From positions 1,384-65,383 of the forward strand of contig CAYOEO010000001.1 of assembly GCA_964403125.1 (NCBI GenBank): DNA of 64,000 nt. The letters run 5' to 3'. Of the stretch, positions 25,298-34,490 are shown piece after piece. A program made the translations under genes and the position numbers. How positions within the stretch are numbered: position 1 is the stretch's first letter; each line of letters starts with the position of its first letter. Origin of the DNA: an uncultured Pseudomonadales bacterium (GTDB lineage: Bacteria; Pseudomonadota; Gammaproteobacteria; Pseudomonadales; UBA7239). The notes beneath the pieces are model-generated. The model had not been told where the DNA came from. It searched no databases and saw nothing but the letters and a program-made list of their open reading frames with translations.

Positions 25298-26317
25298 GTG
25301 ACAATGTTATCTGTCATTGTTGTCGCGTTTGCATTCGTTGTTTCATTTTGTGGCTGTTATTGGATAGTGACGCGCGGCAAAAAGTTTTTGCTCGACCATC
25401 CCAATAACCGCTCATTGCATAAAGTGCCAGTGCCGCGCTTAGGCGGCGTTGCGATTGTGGCGGGTGTTGTTTGCAGCGTGATTGCGTACAGCGTTTTGCT
25501 GTCGGAAACACCCAGCGTTTATGCCTGTGTAGCTGTGGTCGCATTGCTGCTGGCGGCACTGTGGGATGACAAAAAAAACTTGCCGCCATTGGTGCGCTTG
25601 TCTGTGCAATGTGTCGCTGCGCTCTTGTTGGTGTGGGGTGAAAAGCTATATGTTGATATGAAGTGGCTGCCTGTGTTGTCGCCGGTTTTTGGTATTTTAG
25701 CTTTGATGTGGTGCATCAATTTATATAATTTCATGGATGGCATGGACGGCTTTGCTGGCAGCATGGGAGCCATTGGCTTTGCTGCGTTGGCTTGTTTGGG
25801 AGCGATACAAGGGCAGATGGAGTATTCAACATCGTGCGCCGTTATCGCAGCAGCTTGCCTTGGCTTTCTCTGCTTTAATTTTCCGCCGGCACGTATTTTT
25901 ATGGGTGATAGCGGTTCTACCTTGCTGGGGTTGGCGATGGGGGCGTTGAGTGTGCAGGGTTGGAAAATGAATCTTTTTTCACTCTGGGTGCCTGCTGTTA
26001 TTTTTTCTCCGTTTTGGGTGGATGCGACAATCACTTTGTTGCGACGCTTATACAGAGGCGAGAAAGTTTGGCGCGCGCATCGGCAGCATTACTATCAGAG
26101 GTGGGTACTGGTTGGTTATAGTCATCGTCGTGTGGTGAGTATCAATATAGGGCTGATGTTGCTGTGTGCGACAACGGTTGTTGTGGCACAAGCCTGCGAC
26201 TTTTATTGGGATAGCTTTGGGCTGCCATTGGCTTGGTTTGTGTGTTACGGTTCAATTGCGTACTGGTCTGAGCAAAAACTGAGAACGGTCGAAAAAGTAG
26301 CAGAACAACGTTGTTAG
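25298..26317 (+). CDS. polyprenyl-phosphate N-acetylhexosamine-1-phosphate transferase (glycosyltransferase family 4, WbpL/WecA/MraY superfamily)
   Basis: 339 aa, about 10 predicted TM helices. NLYNFMDGMDG and IFMGDSGS motifs. Confidence 0.85.
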   Translation: MTMLSVIVVAFAFVVSFCGCYWIVTRGKKFLLDHPNNRSLHKVPVPRLGGVAIVAGVVCSVIAYSVLLSETPSVYACVAVVALLLAALWDDKKNLPPLVRLSVQCVAALLLVWGEKLYVDMKWLPVLSPVFGILALMWCINLYNFMDGMDGFAGSMGAIGFAALACLGAIQGQMEYSTSCAVIAAACLGFLCFNFPPARIFMGDSGSTLLGLAMGALSVQGWKMNLFSLWVPAVIFSPFWVDATITLLRRLYRGEKVWRAHRQHYYQRWVLVGYSHRRVVSINIGLMLLCATTVVVAQACDFYWDSFGLPLAWFVCYGSIAYWSEQKLRTVEKVAEQRC

Positions 26318-26339
26318 AAAAAAGCTGTAAAGGTTAGTA

Positions 26340-28301
26340 GTGAAAATATTTCAAACCATCAGTCACTTTTTGCATCAGTATTACAAACAAATCGTAATGC
26401 TGATTGTGGATTTTGCTTTGTTAAGCACGGCGCTGTTATTTGCGTTTTGGGCGCGTTTGGGTGAAGCGTGGTTGCCGCAAGAATCATCCCAGTACGTTTT
26501 GCTGGCTTTGAGTTTACTGCTGACACTTTTTTCTTTTGGTCGCTTGGGCTTGTACCGCTCCATCATTCGCTACATGGGGCAGCAAGCCATTTTTGCGGTG
26601 ATGCAGGGCGTTTTAGTTTCTGCCTTGATTGTCGCTGTAATTGCCTACATGAGCGATATGTTTATGCCGCGCTCCGTGCCGGTCATTTATCTGTGCTTCG
26701 CTTATATTCTTATTGGTGGATCGCGCATGGCGATTCGCACTTACTATCACAAAGGTGTGCAAATTCATCGTGAACGTGTCGCTATTTATGGTGCAGGTTC
26801 TTCGGGCTTACAGGTGTATCAGGCGCTAGAGCGCAGCAACGAATACAAGCCCGTGCTATTCGTTGACGATAATTTGGCTAAACAAGGCATGATTCTCGAT
26901 GGCTTGCCTGTTTACGCCGCGCTCAATATTTCTTTGCTATTAGAGCGACATGGCATTACCAAAGTGTTGGTAGCTATGCCATCCGCTTCGTTACAGCGCC
27001 GCAGAGAAATTATTCAAGAATTAACGGAAATGGGCGTGAAGTCGCAAATGGTTCCCGGTATCGAGGAACTGTTGGATAGCTCTTTGCGCGGCAGCGATGT
27101 TTCGCATGTTTACGACAATATTTTGGGGCGCGTCCCCGTCGCCCCCGATTCACATTTGTTAGATCGCTGTATCCGCGATCATGTTGTCATGGTGACAGGT
27201 GCAGCGGGTTCGATTGGCAGTGAGTTGTGCCGACAAATTTTGCTGAGTGCACCCAGCACGTTGCTGTTAGTGGATACCAATGAGTTTGGTTTGTATCAAA
27301 TTGATATGGAGTTGCGACAGTCGCTAGCAGGCATGGAGTTGCCAAATATTGAATTAGTGTCGTTGTTGAGTAATACCGCAAATCAACAACAGATGGCGCA
27401 CATCATCAAAAATTTTAATGTAAAAACGATTTATCACGCTGGTGCTTATAAGCATGTGCCCATTGTTGAAAACAATATGGCAGAAGGTGTGCGCAATAAT
27501 GTGATAGGCACTTGGTCTTTGGTGAAAGCTGCTACTGAAAATGCCGTTGAAACTTTTGTATTGATTTCAACGGATAAAGCGGTGCGCCCCGTTAGTGTGA
27601 TGGGTGCTAGTAAACGTTGTGCAGAATTAATTTGCCAAGCCTACGCCAATGAAAAAACGGGTACGCGATTTGGTATTGTGCGTTTCGGTAATGTGTTGGG
27701 TTCTTCAGGTTCTGTCGTACCGCTATTTTTTGAGCAAATCCATTCTGGTGGCCCCGTCACTGTGACGCATCCTGATGTAATGCGTTATTTCATGACCATT
27801 CCTGAAGCGGCGCAATTGGTGTTACAAGCAGGCAGCATGGGTGAAGGTGGTGAAGTTTTTGTGTTGGATATGGGCAAGCCGGTGCGCATCATAGAACTGG
27901 CAGAGCGCATGATTGCTCTATTGGGGCGCACGCTGCGCAATGAAAAAAATCCCAAGGGCGATATCGAAATTGTGATTAGCGGATTGCGCCCAGGTGAAAA
28001 ACTCTACGAAGAATTAATTTTGGGTGACAAAGTATCTGGCACGGGGCATCCGATGATTATGCGCGCAGAGGAAAGTTTTTTACCCTTGTCCAATTTATTG
28101 GTTTGTTTGGAGCAGCTTCAGCAGGCTTGCCTAGAGAGCGATTGCCAAACCATTAAAAATTTGATGAGTGAGGTGGTAGGGAGTTTCTCTGATCAACCTA
28201 TTTACGATATTGTTTGGCAGCGCAGTCACGCATCGAATGAAAACACCTCTGGCGCAGCCTCCAATGTGACGCCGATGTTGCGCAAGCAACCTAAAAACTG
28301 A
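26340..28301 (+). CDS. wbpM: membrane-anchored UDP-GlcNAc 4,6-dehydratase (WbpM/PglF/CapD family)
   Basis: 653 aa, GTG start. Four N-terminal TM helices, then VTGAAGSIGSEL and the STDKAV ... SKR catalytic region typical of CapD-type dehydratases. Confidence 0.85.
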   Translation: MKIFQTISHFLHQYYKQIVMLIVDFALLSTALLFAFWARLGEAWLPQESSQYVLLALSLLLTLFSFGRLGLYRSIIRYMGQQAIFAVMQGVLVSALIVAVIAYMSDMFMPRSVPVIYLCFAYILIGGSRMAIRTYYHKGVQIHRERVAIYGAGSSGLQVYQALERSNEYKPVLFVDDNLAKQGMILDGLPVYAALNISLLLERHGITKVLVAMPSASLQRRREIIQELTEMGVKSQMVPGIEELLDSSLRGSDVSHVYDNILGRVPVAPDSHLLDRCIRDHVVMVTGAAGSIGSELCRQILLSAPSTLLLVDTNEFGLYQIDMELRQSLAGMELPNIELVSLLSNTANQQQMAHIIKNFNVKTIYHAGAYKHVPIVENNMAEGVRNNVIGTWSLVKAATENAVETFVLISTDKAVRPVSVMGASKRCAELICQAYANEKTGTRFGIVRFGNVLGSSGSVVPLFFEQIHSGGPVTVTHPDVMRYFMTIPEAAQLVLQAGSMGEGGEVFVLDMGKPVRIIELAERMIALLGRTLRNEKNPKGDIEIVISGLRPGEKLYEELILGDKVSGTGHPMIMRAEESFLPLSNLLVCLEQLQQACLESDCQTIKNLMSEVVGSFSDQPIYDIVWQRSHASNENTSGAASNVTPMLRKQPKN

Positions 28302-30584
28302 TCAACGTTTTCTCGTTAATTCAATCACCGCAGGATCTTGTGGATCCAATGCTTGCCATGCTTTTAGATAAGCGTTGGCTTTGTCGTATTGTTTGGTGTC
28401 AATGGCAATGTTGATGCGAGTGAGTTGCACATCGCGGTTATAGGTGGGGAGTGCGGCAGCCTTGTCCAAGCTGCGCAGAGCTTCATCAATTTTTCCTGTT
28501 TGTTGCAATGCCAGCGCATAAAGATAGTAGAGGTGGGGGTTGTTTGACTGCTGTGTGGCTTTCTGTAGTTGCGCGACCGCTTCATCAATTTTTCCATTGC
28601 GCACCAGCCACAGTGCATAAGACATCATCAGCTCCGTATTGTTGGGTGCAAGCTGCATTGCTTTTTTCAAAACAGTTTCTGCGTCATTTTCTCTTTTTAA
28701 CGCTCTGTATAAATCCGCTAAATTGGCTGATGCGGGGATGTAGTAAGGCTCGCATTCGATTGCGGTTTGTAATAATTTCTCTGCGTCTTGCGCGCGCTGT
28801 TCTCGCATTGCTAAATTAGCGAGATTGGTTAGTGCGGGTGCGCGATCTGCGTCTATGTTTTGGCTGTCGATATATTCCTGTCGTGCTTTGGTAAACAAAG
28901 CGTTGTTTTGTACGATGGAATTGCCTGCCAACTGGCGCGCTGCTTCGATGCGCACGGCTTTCGTTGCGTCATTCAGTAAAGGTAATAGCACAGATTGTTG
29001 ATTCGGTGGCAGTGTTTCTGTCGCGCGCAATGTCCCCAGTTTGATTAAGTCCTCGTTACTTTTTAACGCATCCATTAGCAACACAAAGTAATTACGTGTA
29101 GGAAAATTAGGTAAAAGGCTGATTGCTGTGGCGCGCACAATGGCAGGCTGTGTGTTGTCTTGAATCAGATTAGCTAGCGCAGTGTACGCGGTCGGAATGC
29201 CAGCGCGAGCCTGAGCAATCACGCTACCGTAGTGGGATGTTTTCCAATTTTTATTGGTATGTTTGTCGATTGCGTTTGTTGCCCATGCAGAAGATTTATC
29301 CGTATGGCAGTTGTTGCAGGCGTTCGGTGTGTTGAGACTCGCGCTTAAATCAGGGCGTGGAATGCGCATACTGTGATCGCGGCGCACATCGACTGTCATG
29401 TAGGTTCTAGTCTGCATGTGACAATCGACACAAAAACTTCCCGCTGTGTTGGGTTGGTGCATGGTGTGTTTAGGTGTGTTGTGATCGGCGCTGTGGCATT
29501 GCAAACATAAGCCGTTGCCTTCAATTTTTACTTTGCCGCTGTGAGGGTTGTGGCAGTTGCTACAAGTAACGCCGTGTGCTGCCATTTTGCTTTGTAAAAA
29601 TGAACCGTATTCATAAACTTCATCTTGAATTTGTCCATCGGGAAAATATAGCGATTCATCCAATAAAACGGGCATAAACGCGTCGAGAAATTTTTCTTTG
29701 TCATTGCGTGTATCAATGCGGCTGCGTCTGCTGTGGCACTGTGCGCAGCGATCAATTTGTGAATTGTCAGAAGCTATTGTGCGAGTGGGAATTTCTGTTG
29801 CAGTTTGCGGTTTCCACAATGCTGCAGAACCCGAAGTAAGCGTGAAAGCCCAGCCTTTGTTTTTATCGAATGATGCGTTGGGATTTTTTGCCCATGCCAA
29901 ATGTTTTGAGCCAGGTCCGTGACAGGATTCACAACCCACACCAGTTTCTATCCATGTTGATGCAAAGGTATTGTCAGTAGGATGAAAGTTTTTTTTGAAA
30001 TCGGTGCTGTGACATTCAATGCACATGTGATTGGCGTTATGCGAAGGGGAGCGCCAATGCAAAACATCGCCGGGCACGATGGGTTCATCCGCGTACAAAT
30101 GAAACCAGTGTTGCCCGCCTTGCGCAGCAGGGCGTGAATCCCAAGCAAACGGTAGGCTCTGCCAACGCCCCTCTGGCAACGCCGTGAGATATTGCTGCAA
30201 GGGAAAAACGCCAAAAGTGTATTGCAGCGGGAGTATTGCGGCAGAACTCGTGCCTTGATCGGTGCTGATTGTGTAGCGACCATCCGTTTCATTAAAGCGT
30301 GTTTGTTGGTGGTGATGTTTGAGTGGCGGTGCAGAAAAATTACCCAGCACAGTATTTTTGTCAGCAAGCATCATGGCTTGGTGATGATGCGAGTTAAGCC
30401 ACTGTTGCTGCTCAGCCGTGTGACACGATTGGCATTGCTCGCTGCCTACGTAAGTAGCAGGGGAAGTGGTTTTTTGCGTGATGATAGATGCCGGTTGTGG
30501 TTCTGCTTTCGTTGCTTCTGGCGTGGACTTTTCGCAACCGAATAGCACAAGAAAACAGGTCAGAAAAATAGCAAAGCGCAACAT
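28302..30584 (-). CDS. octaheme c-type cytochrome fused to C-terminal TPR repeats; lipoprotein
   Basis: 760 aa. Lipobox LFGC. Eight CXXCH motifs (CQSCH, CIECH, CESCH, CAQCH, CSNCH, CLQCH, CVDCH, CNNCH) in aa 50-430. The C-terminal half has TPR-like helices (AEKLLQTAIECEPYYIPASANLADLYRAL...). Confidence 0.8.
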   Translation of the reverse strand: MLRFAIFLTCFLVLFGCEKSTPEATKAEPQPASIITQKTTSPATYVGSEQCQSCHTAEQQQWLNSHHHQAMMLADKNTVLGNFSAPPLKHHHQQTRFNETDGRYTISTDQGTSSAAILPLQYTFGVFPLQQYLTALPEGRWQSLPFAWDSRPAAQGGQHWFHLYADEPIVPGDVLHWRSPSHNANHMCIECHSTDFKKNFHPTDNTFASTWIETGVGCESCHGPGSKHLAWAKNPNASFDKNKGWAFTLTSGSAALWKPQTATEIPTRTIASDNSQIDRCAQCHSRRSRIDTRNDKEKFLDAFMPVLLDESLYFPDGQIQDEVYEYGSFLQSKMAAHGVTCSNCHNPHSGKVKIEGNGLCLQCHSADHNTPKHTMHQPNTAGSFCVDCHMQTRTYMTVDVRRDHSMRIPRPDLSASLNTPNACNNCHTDKSSAWATNAIDKHTNKNWKTSHYGSVIAQARAGIPTAYTALANLIQDNTQPAIVRATAISLLPNFPTRNYFVLLMDALKSNEDLIKLGTLRATETLPPNQQSVLLPLLNDATKAVRIEAARQLAGNSIVQNNALFTKARQEYIDSQNIDADRAPALTNLANLAMREQRAQDAEKLLQTAIECEPYYIPASANLADLYRALKRENDAETVLKKAMQLAPNNTELMMSYALWLVRNGKIDEAVAQLQKATQQSNNPHLYYLYALALQQTGKIDEALRSLDKAAALPTYNRDVQLTRINIAIDTKQYDKANAYLKAWQALDPQDPAVIELTRKR

Positions 30585-30627
30585 ATTTTTGTCGTTATTT
30601 TCAGTAGTGCGCCAGTATAGCGCATGC

Positions 30628-30633
30628 TAGGAT
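30628..30633 (+). promoter_or_regulatory. possible -10 element (TAGGAT + GC-rich discriminator) for kup
   Basis: gcTAGGATGCTCCCCC lies 31 nt upstream of the ATG at 30664. It shares the TAGRATGC signature seen upstream of yceD, aceA and acpP. Confidence 0.3.
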
Positions 30634-30663
30634 GCTCCCCCTTCTCCATACGGGTGGGTCGGT

Positions 30664-32541
30664 ATGTCTAGTAGCAACGCATCTCATTCCACGCGCACCT
30701 TGGCCTTGGCTGCTTTAGGGGTTGTCTACGGCGATATCGGCACCAGTCCACTGTACACCTTGCGTGAATGTTTTGTTGGGCATCACCCTTTAGCACTAAC
30801 ACCAGAAAACATCATGGGCGTGCTATCGCTGGTTTTCTGGGCGCTGATCATTGTTGTTACTATCAAATTTGTTTTTTTCATCATGCGCGCCGATAACCAC
30901 GGTGAAGGCGGCATTCTGGCGCTGTTGGCTTTATCGCGCGGTGCTGGTGTGCGCAGCGAAAAATTGAAGGGAGCATTGGCGCTGACAGGTATTTTTGGAG
31001 CCAGCCTCTTTTATGGAGATGGAATCATCACTCCCGCTATCTCTGTTTTGTCTGCTGTTGAAGGGTTGCGTGTTGTAGAGCCGTCACTCCATCACGGCAC
31101 TATCCCTATCGCAATTTTTATCCTTGTACTGTTGTTTATGTTTCAGCGAAGCGGTACGGCTAAAGTTGGTGCGCTGTTTGGTCCTGTGATGTTGATATGG
31201 TTTTCAACGCTGGCGTTATTGGGTTTGGTCAATATTTTCTCAAACCCATCCATCTTGGCGGCTGTCAATCCTTTGCATGCGTTTAGATTTTTTCAGGCAC
31301 ACGGCATAGGCAGCTTGCTGGCATTCGGCGGAGTTGTATTAGCGGTTACTGGTGGTGAAGCACTCTATGCCGATATGGGGCACTTTGGTAGAAAGCCTAT
31401 TCAGGTTGCTTGGTTGAGTATGGTTTTGCCAGCTTTGGTCTTGAACTATTTGGGTCAAGGGGCGTTGTTGCTACACAATCCAGCCGCTATTAGTAACCCG
31501 TTTTACTTGCTCGCGCCTGAGTGGTTTTTGTGGCCTCTTTTATTGTTGGCGACTTGTTCGACAGTGATTGCATCTCAGTCTGTTATTTCTGGAGTATTTT
31601 CTGTAACTAGGCAGGCTGTTCAGATGGGTTTTTGGCCGCGCATGCGTATTCTGCACACATCATCAAGAGAAATTGGGCAAATCTATATTCCTCTGGTGAA
31701 TTGGTTGGTGATGATTGCTGTTGTGTTATTGATCTTAGGCTTCAGGAATTCAGACAGCATCACCGGTGCTTACGGGATTGCAGTAACAACCACGATGATG
31801 GTCGATACTTTACTTGCCTGTTTTGTGGCTCATCGAATATGGCGTTGGTCGTTACCGGTGGTTGCTCTCATCGGTGCAATATTTTTTACGATTGATGCGC
31901 TGTTCTTGTTTCCTAATCTTCTGAAAATCCCAGACGGTGGTTGGTTTCCGCTTTTAGTTGGTGGCATGGTAATGCTGTTGATGTTTACGTGGCGCAAGGG
32001 GCGGCGCTTCCTTTCTGATGCCTTGCGTAAAGAGAGCTTGCCGTTAAAACCATTTTTAGAAGATTTAAGTGTCAGCAAGCCAGCCACTGTTCCTGGCACG
32101 GCGGTGTTTATGACTAGTACCTTGGATCGCGTACCGCATGCCTTCTTGCACAACTTAAAGCACAACAAAGTGCTGCACGAGCGTGTCATTTTTCTGACGA
32201 TAGAGACACAAGAGATTCCTTTTGTGCCGCAGGGCGATCGTATTCATGTTGAAGATTTAGCACCAGGCTTCTTTGCAATACGCGGCTCGTACGGTTTTCA
32301 AGAGAGCCCCAATATCCCGCGTTTATTGGATGAGTGTGAGCCGTTCGGTCTGAGTTTTGATTTGATGGACACAACATTCTTCCTGTCGCGAGAGCACCTG
32401 ATACCGAGCAAGGAATCGGGTATGCCTTTGGTGCTGGATAAGATTTTTGCCGTCATGACGCGCAATTCCATGCCTGCAACTAGCTATTTCAACATCCCGC
32501 CCAACCGCGTGGTGGAAATGGGCACACAGATCGAGATTTAG
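30664..32541 (+). CDS. kup: KUP/HAK/KT family potassium transporter
   Basis: 625 aa. LGVVYGDIGTSPLY signature and a polytopic N-terminal two-thirds. Confidence 0.9.
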   Translation: MSSSNASHSTRTLALAALGVVYGDIGTSPLYTLRECFVGHHPLALTPENIMGVLSLVFWALIIVVTIKFVFFIMRADNHGEGGILALLALSRGAGVRSEKLKGALALTGIFGASLFYGDGIITPAISVLSAVEGLRVVEPSLHHGTIPIAIFILVLLFMFQRSGTAKVGALFGPVMLIWFSTLALLGLVNIFSNPSILAAVNPLHAFRFFQAHGIGSLLAFGGVVLAVTGGEALYADMGHFGRKPIQVAWLSMVLPALVLNYLGQGALLLHNPAAISNPFYLLAPEWFLWPLLLLATCSTVIASQSVISGVFSVTRQAVQMGFWPRMRILHTSSREIGQIYIPLVNWLVMIAVVLLILGFRNSDSITGAYGIAVTTTMMVDTLLACFVAHRIWRWSLPVVALIGAIFFTIDALFLFPNLLKIPDGGWFPLLVGGMVMLLMFTWRKGRRFLSDALRKESLPLKPFLEDLSVSKPATVPGTAVFMTSTLDRVPHAFLHNLKHNKVLHERVIFLTIETQEIPFVPQGDRIHVEDLAPGFFAIRGSYGFQESPNIPRLLDECEPFGLSFDLMDTTFFLSREHLIPSKESGMPLVLDKIFAVMTRNSMPATSYFNIPPNRVVEMGTQIEI

Positions 32542-32563
32542 CCGGCATTTCGCGGCAATTTCT

Positions 32564-32592
32564 TTGACATATCAATGCTCTATCCATAGAAT
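32564..32592 (+). promoter_or_regulatory. sigma70 promoter: TTGACA-N17-TAGAAT
   Basis: Perfect -35 (32564-32569), 17-nt spacer and TAGAAT (32587-32592). Only 9 nt (GCGCCGCCT, no SD) separate the -10 from the yceD ATG at 32602. Confidence 0.6.
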
Positions 32593-32601
32593 GCGCCGCC
32601 T

Positions 32602-33150
32602 ATGCACAGTGCATCTGCCAGCTCGCCATTGCCACACTATGTTGATGCGGTGAAGCTTTGTCAGCAGGGCGGACGACTGTCAGGTAGTACATCACTTGCG
32701 CAGTTACATCGCCTCGGCGAGCAGTTGTGTCACCAGAACGGTCAAGCACAAGTGGATTGGCAGTTCTCGCTGGATGAGCAATCCCGCAAGGTGGTGCACG
32801 GTACGGTCACAGCAGTATTGCCTTTGGTGTGTCAACGCTGCTTAGAACAGGTTGATGTGGCTGTTCAAGCAGATACGCATTTGGCCTTGGTGTGGAGCGA
32901 TGAGCAGGCGGCACAGTTGTCGCGTTCATTGGATCCCATGCTGATGGAAACTGATGTGCTGGATGTGCTGGCGGCAGTTGAAGACGAGCTGTTATTGGCG
33001 CTGCCGATAGTGGCGGGGCATGAAGAAGGCGCGTGTGAAATAGCGCAACAAATTGAAGAGCCGCAGGCTGAAGAGTCAGCGGAAAAGAAATCCCCCAATC
33101 CGTTTCAGGTGCTGGCAAGCCTGAAGACGGATGGAAACAAAACGCCTTAG
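32602..33150 (+). CDS. yceD: YceD/DUF177 family protein (large-subunit rRNA accumulation protein)
   Basis: 182 aa. CQRC...V pattern, acidic C-terminal half and NPFQVLASLK tail. Conserved position upstream of rpmF. Confidence 0.8.
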   Translation: MHSASASSPLPHYVDAVKLCQQGGRLSGSTSLAQLHRLGEQLCHQNGQAQVDWQFSLDEQSRKVVHGTVTAVLPLVCQRCLEQVDVAVQADTHLALVWSDEQAAQLSRSLDPMLMETDVLDVLAAVEDELLLALPIVAGHEEGACEIAQQIEEPQAEESAEKKSPNPFQVLASLKTDGNKTP

Positions 33151-33216
33151 TTGAGTTTCCACGAATTGCCAAAATGCAGTTTGCTAAAAACATTATTTAG
33201 GTAGGAGTTCCAAACA

Positions 33217-33396
33217 ATGGCCGTACAAAAAAGCCGCAAATCTCGTTCACGCCGTGGCATGCGTCGTTCACATGATGCTCTGACTGCCAGCACGCTATCA
33301 GTTGATTCTGTAACGGGTGAAAAACACTTGCGTCACCACATGACTGCGGACGGTTTTTACCGCGGTCGCAAAGTGGTTGAAAACGCAGGCGAATAA
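33217..33396 (+). CDS. rpmF: 50S ribosomal protein L32
   Basis: Hand translation gives [59 protein letters not shown] (59 aa, below the track cutoff). GTAGGAG SD upstream. Confidence 0.9.
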   Translation: MAVQKSRKSRSRRGMRRSHDALTASTLSVDSVTGEKHLRHHMTADGFYRGRKVVENAGE

Positions 33397-33444
33397 AATC
33401 TGTGCAATCGTGCACCGGTTGCTTGGTCAAGTTGCTGACACCTG

Positions 33445-34455
33445 ATGATCACGATTGCCATTGACGCCATGAGCGGGGATTTTGGTCCTCGCGTAACAGT
33501 GCCCGCCAGTGTGCGGGCATTGTCGTTTCTGCCAGATATCAATTTGTTATTGCTCGGTGACAACACAGCTATTCAAAAAGAATTGGCCAAGCAACAGTGC
33601 AATGACAACACGCGCTTGCGTATTGTTCATACCACGCAAACCGTGGCGATGAATGACAAGCCGCTGCACGCATTGCGCAATCAAAAAGACTCTTCACTTT
33701 ATCGCGGCATTCAATTGCTCGCTGAAGGAGAAGTGCAAGCTTTCGTCAGCGCGGGTAATACTGGCGCGATGTTGGTGATCGGACATCATCTGCTGAAACG
33801 CTTTGCTGGCATTGATCGCCCAGCGATTTGTGCGCCAATTCCCACGGCGAATGGTCGTGCTTTTTTATTAGATGTCGGCGCCAATGTTGAAGTGGGCGCA
33901 AAAAACTTGCATCAATTTGCCATCATGGGTTCTGTCTTGGCTTCTGCGGTTTTGGGTAAAGCGCAGCCGCGTGTTGGTCTGCTCAATATCGGCGAGGAAG
34001 ACATCAAAGGCAACGAACAAGTGCAACAAGCAGCGGCGTTACTGCAAGCCGATACTGCGTTGCATTACATGGGCTTTATCGAAGCTGATCAAATTTTTTC
34101 CGATAAAGTGGATGTAGTGGTTTGTGATGGTTTTGTCGGCAATGTTGCGCTGAAAGCTAGCGAAGGTGCTGCACGTTTGATTCGACAATATTTATCACAA
34201 GCGTTTAAGCGTAAATGGATTTATCGTTTATTGGGTGTAATGGTGGCACCAATCTTGAATGCGTTTCGTTCGAGCATTAACCCATCGCGCTATAATGGCG
34301 CTAGTTTTCTAGGCTTTACTTCCACTTTAGTGAAAAGTCATGGTGGGGCAGATGCCAATGCCTTTTTTCATGCGATAGAAGTGGCAAACTTAGAAGCGCA
34401 AGAAAAAATTCCACAAAAAATTGGAGAAACTTTGCAAAAGCTTTCGTTGCAATAA
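33445..34455 (+). CDS. plsX: phosphate acyltransferase PlsX
   Basis: 336 aa. IAIDAMSGDFGP N-terminus, VSAGNTGA and DGFVGNVALK motifs. Confidence 0.9.
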   Translation: MITIAIDAMSGDFGPRVTVPASVRALSFLPDINLLLLGDNTAIQKELAKQQCNDNTRLRIVHTTQTVAMNDKPLHALRNQKDSSLYRGIQLLAEGEVQAFVSAGNTGAMLVIGHHLLKRFAGIDRPAICAPIPTANGRAFLLDVGANVEVGAKNLHQFAIMGSVLASAVLGKAQPRVGLLNIGEEDIKGNEQVQQAAALLQADTALHYMGFIEADQIFSDKVDVVVCDGFVGNVALKASEGAARLIRQYLSQAFKRKWIYRLLGVMVAPILNAFRSSINPSRYNGASFLGFTSTLVKSHGGADANAFFHAIEVANLEAQEKIPQKIGETLQKLSLQ

Positions 34456-34490
34456 TTCTTTGAAACATTTTTTTAGAATAAGGGGGATCA

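Noticed and set aside
25519-26034. 171-aa minus-strand ORF and other antisense ORFs within the GT4 transferase gene
   Set aside because: The plus-strand product has the MraY/WecA motifs and about 10 TM helices. The antisense ORF is a shadow of hydrophobic codons.
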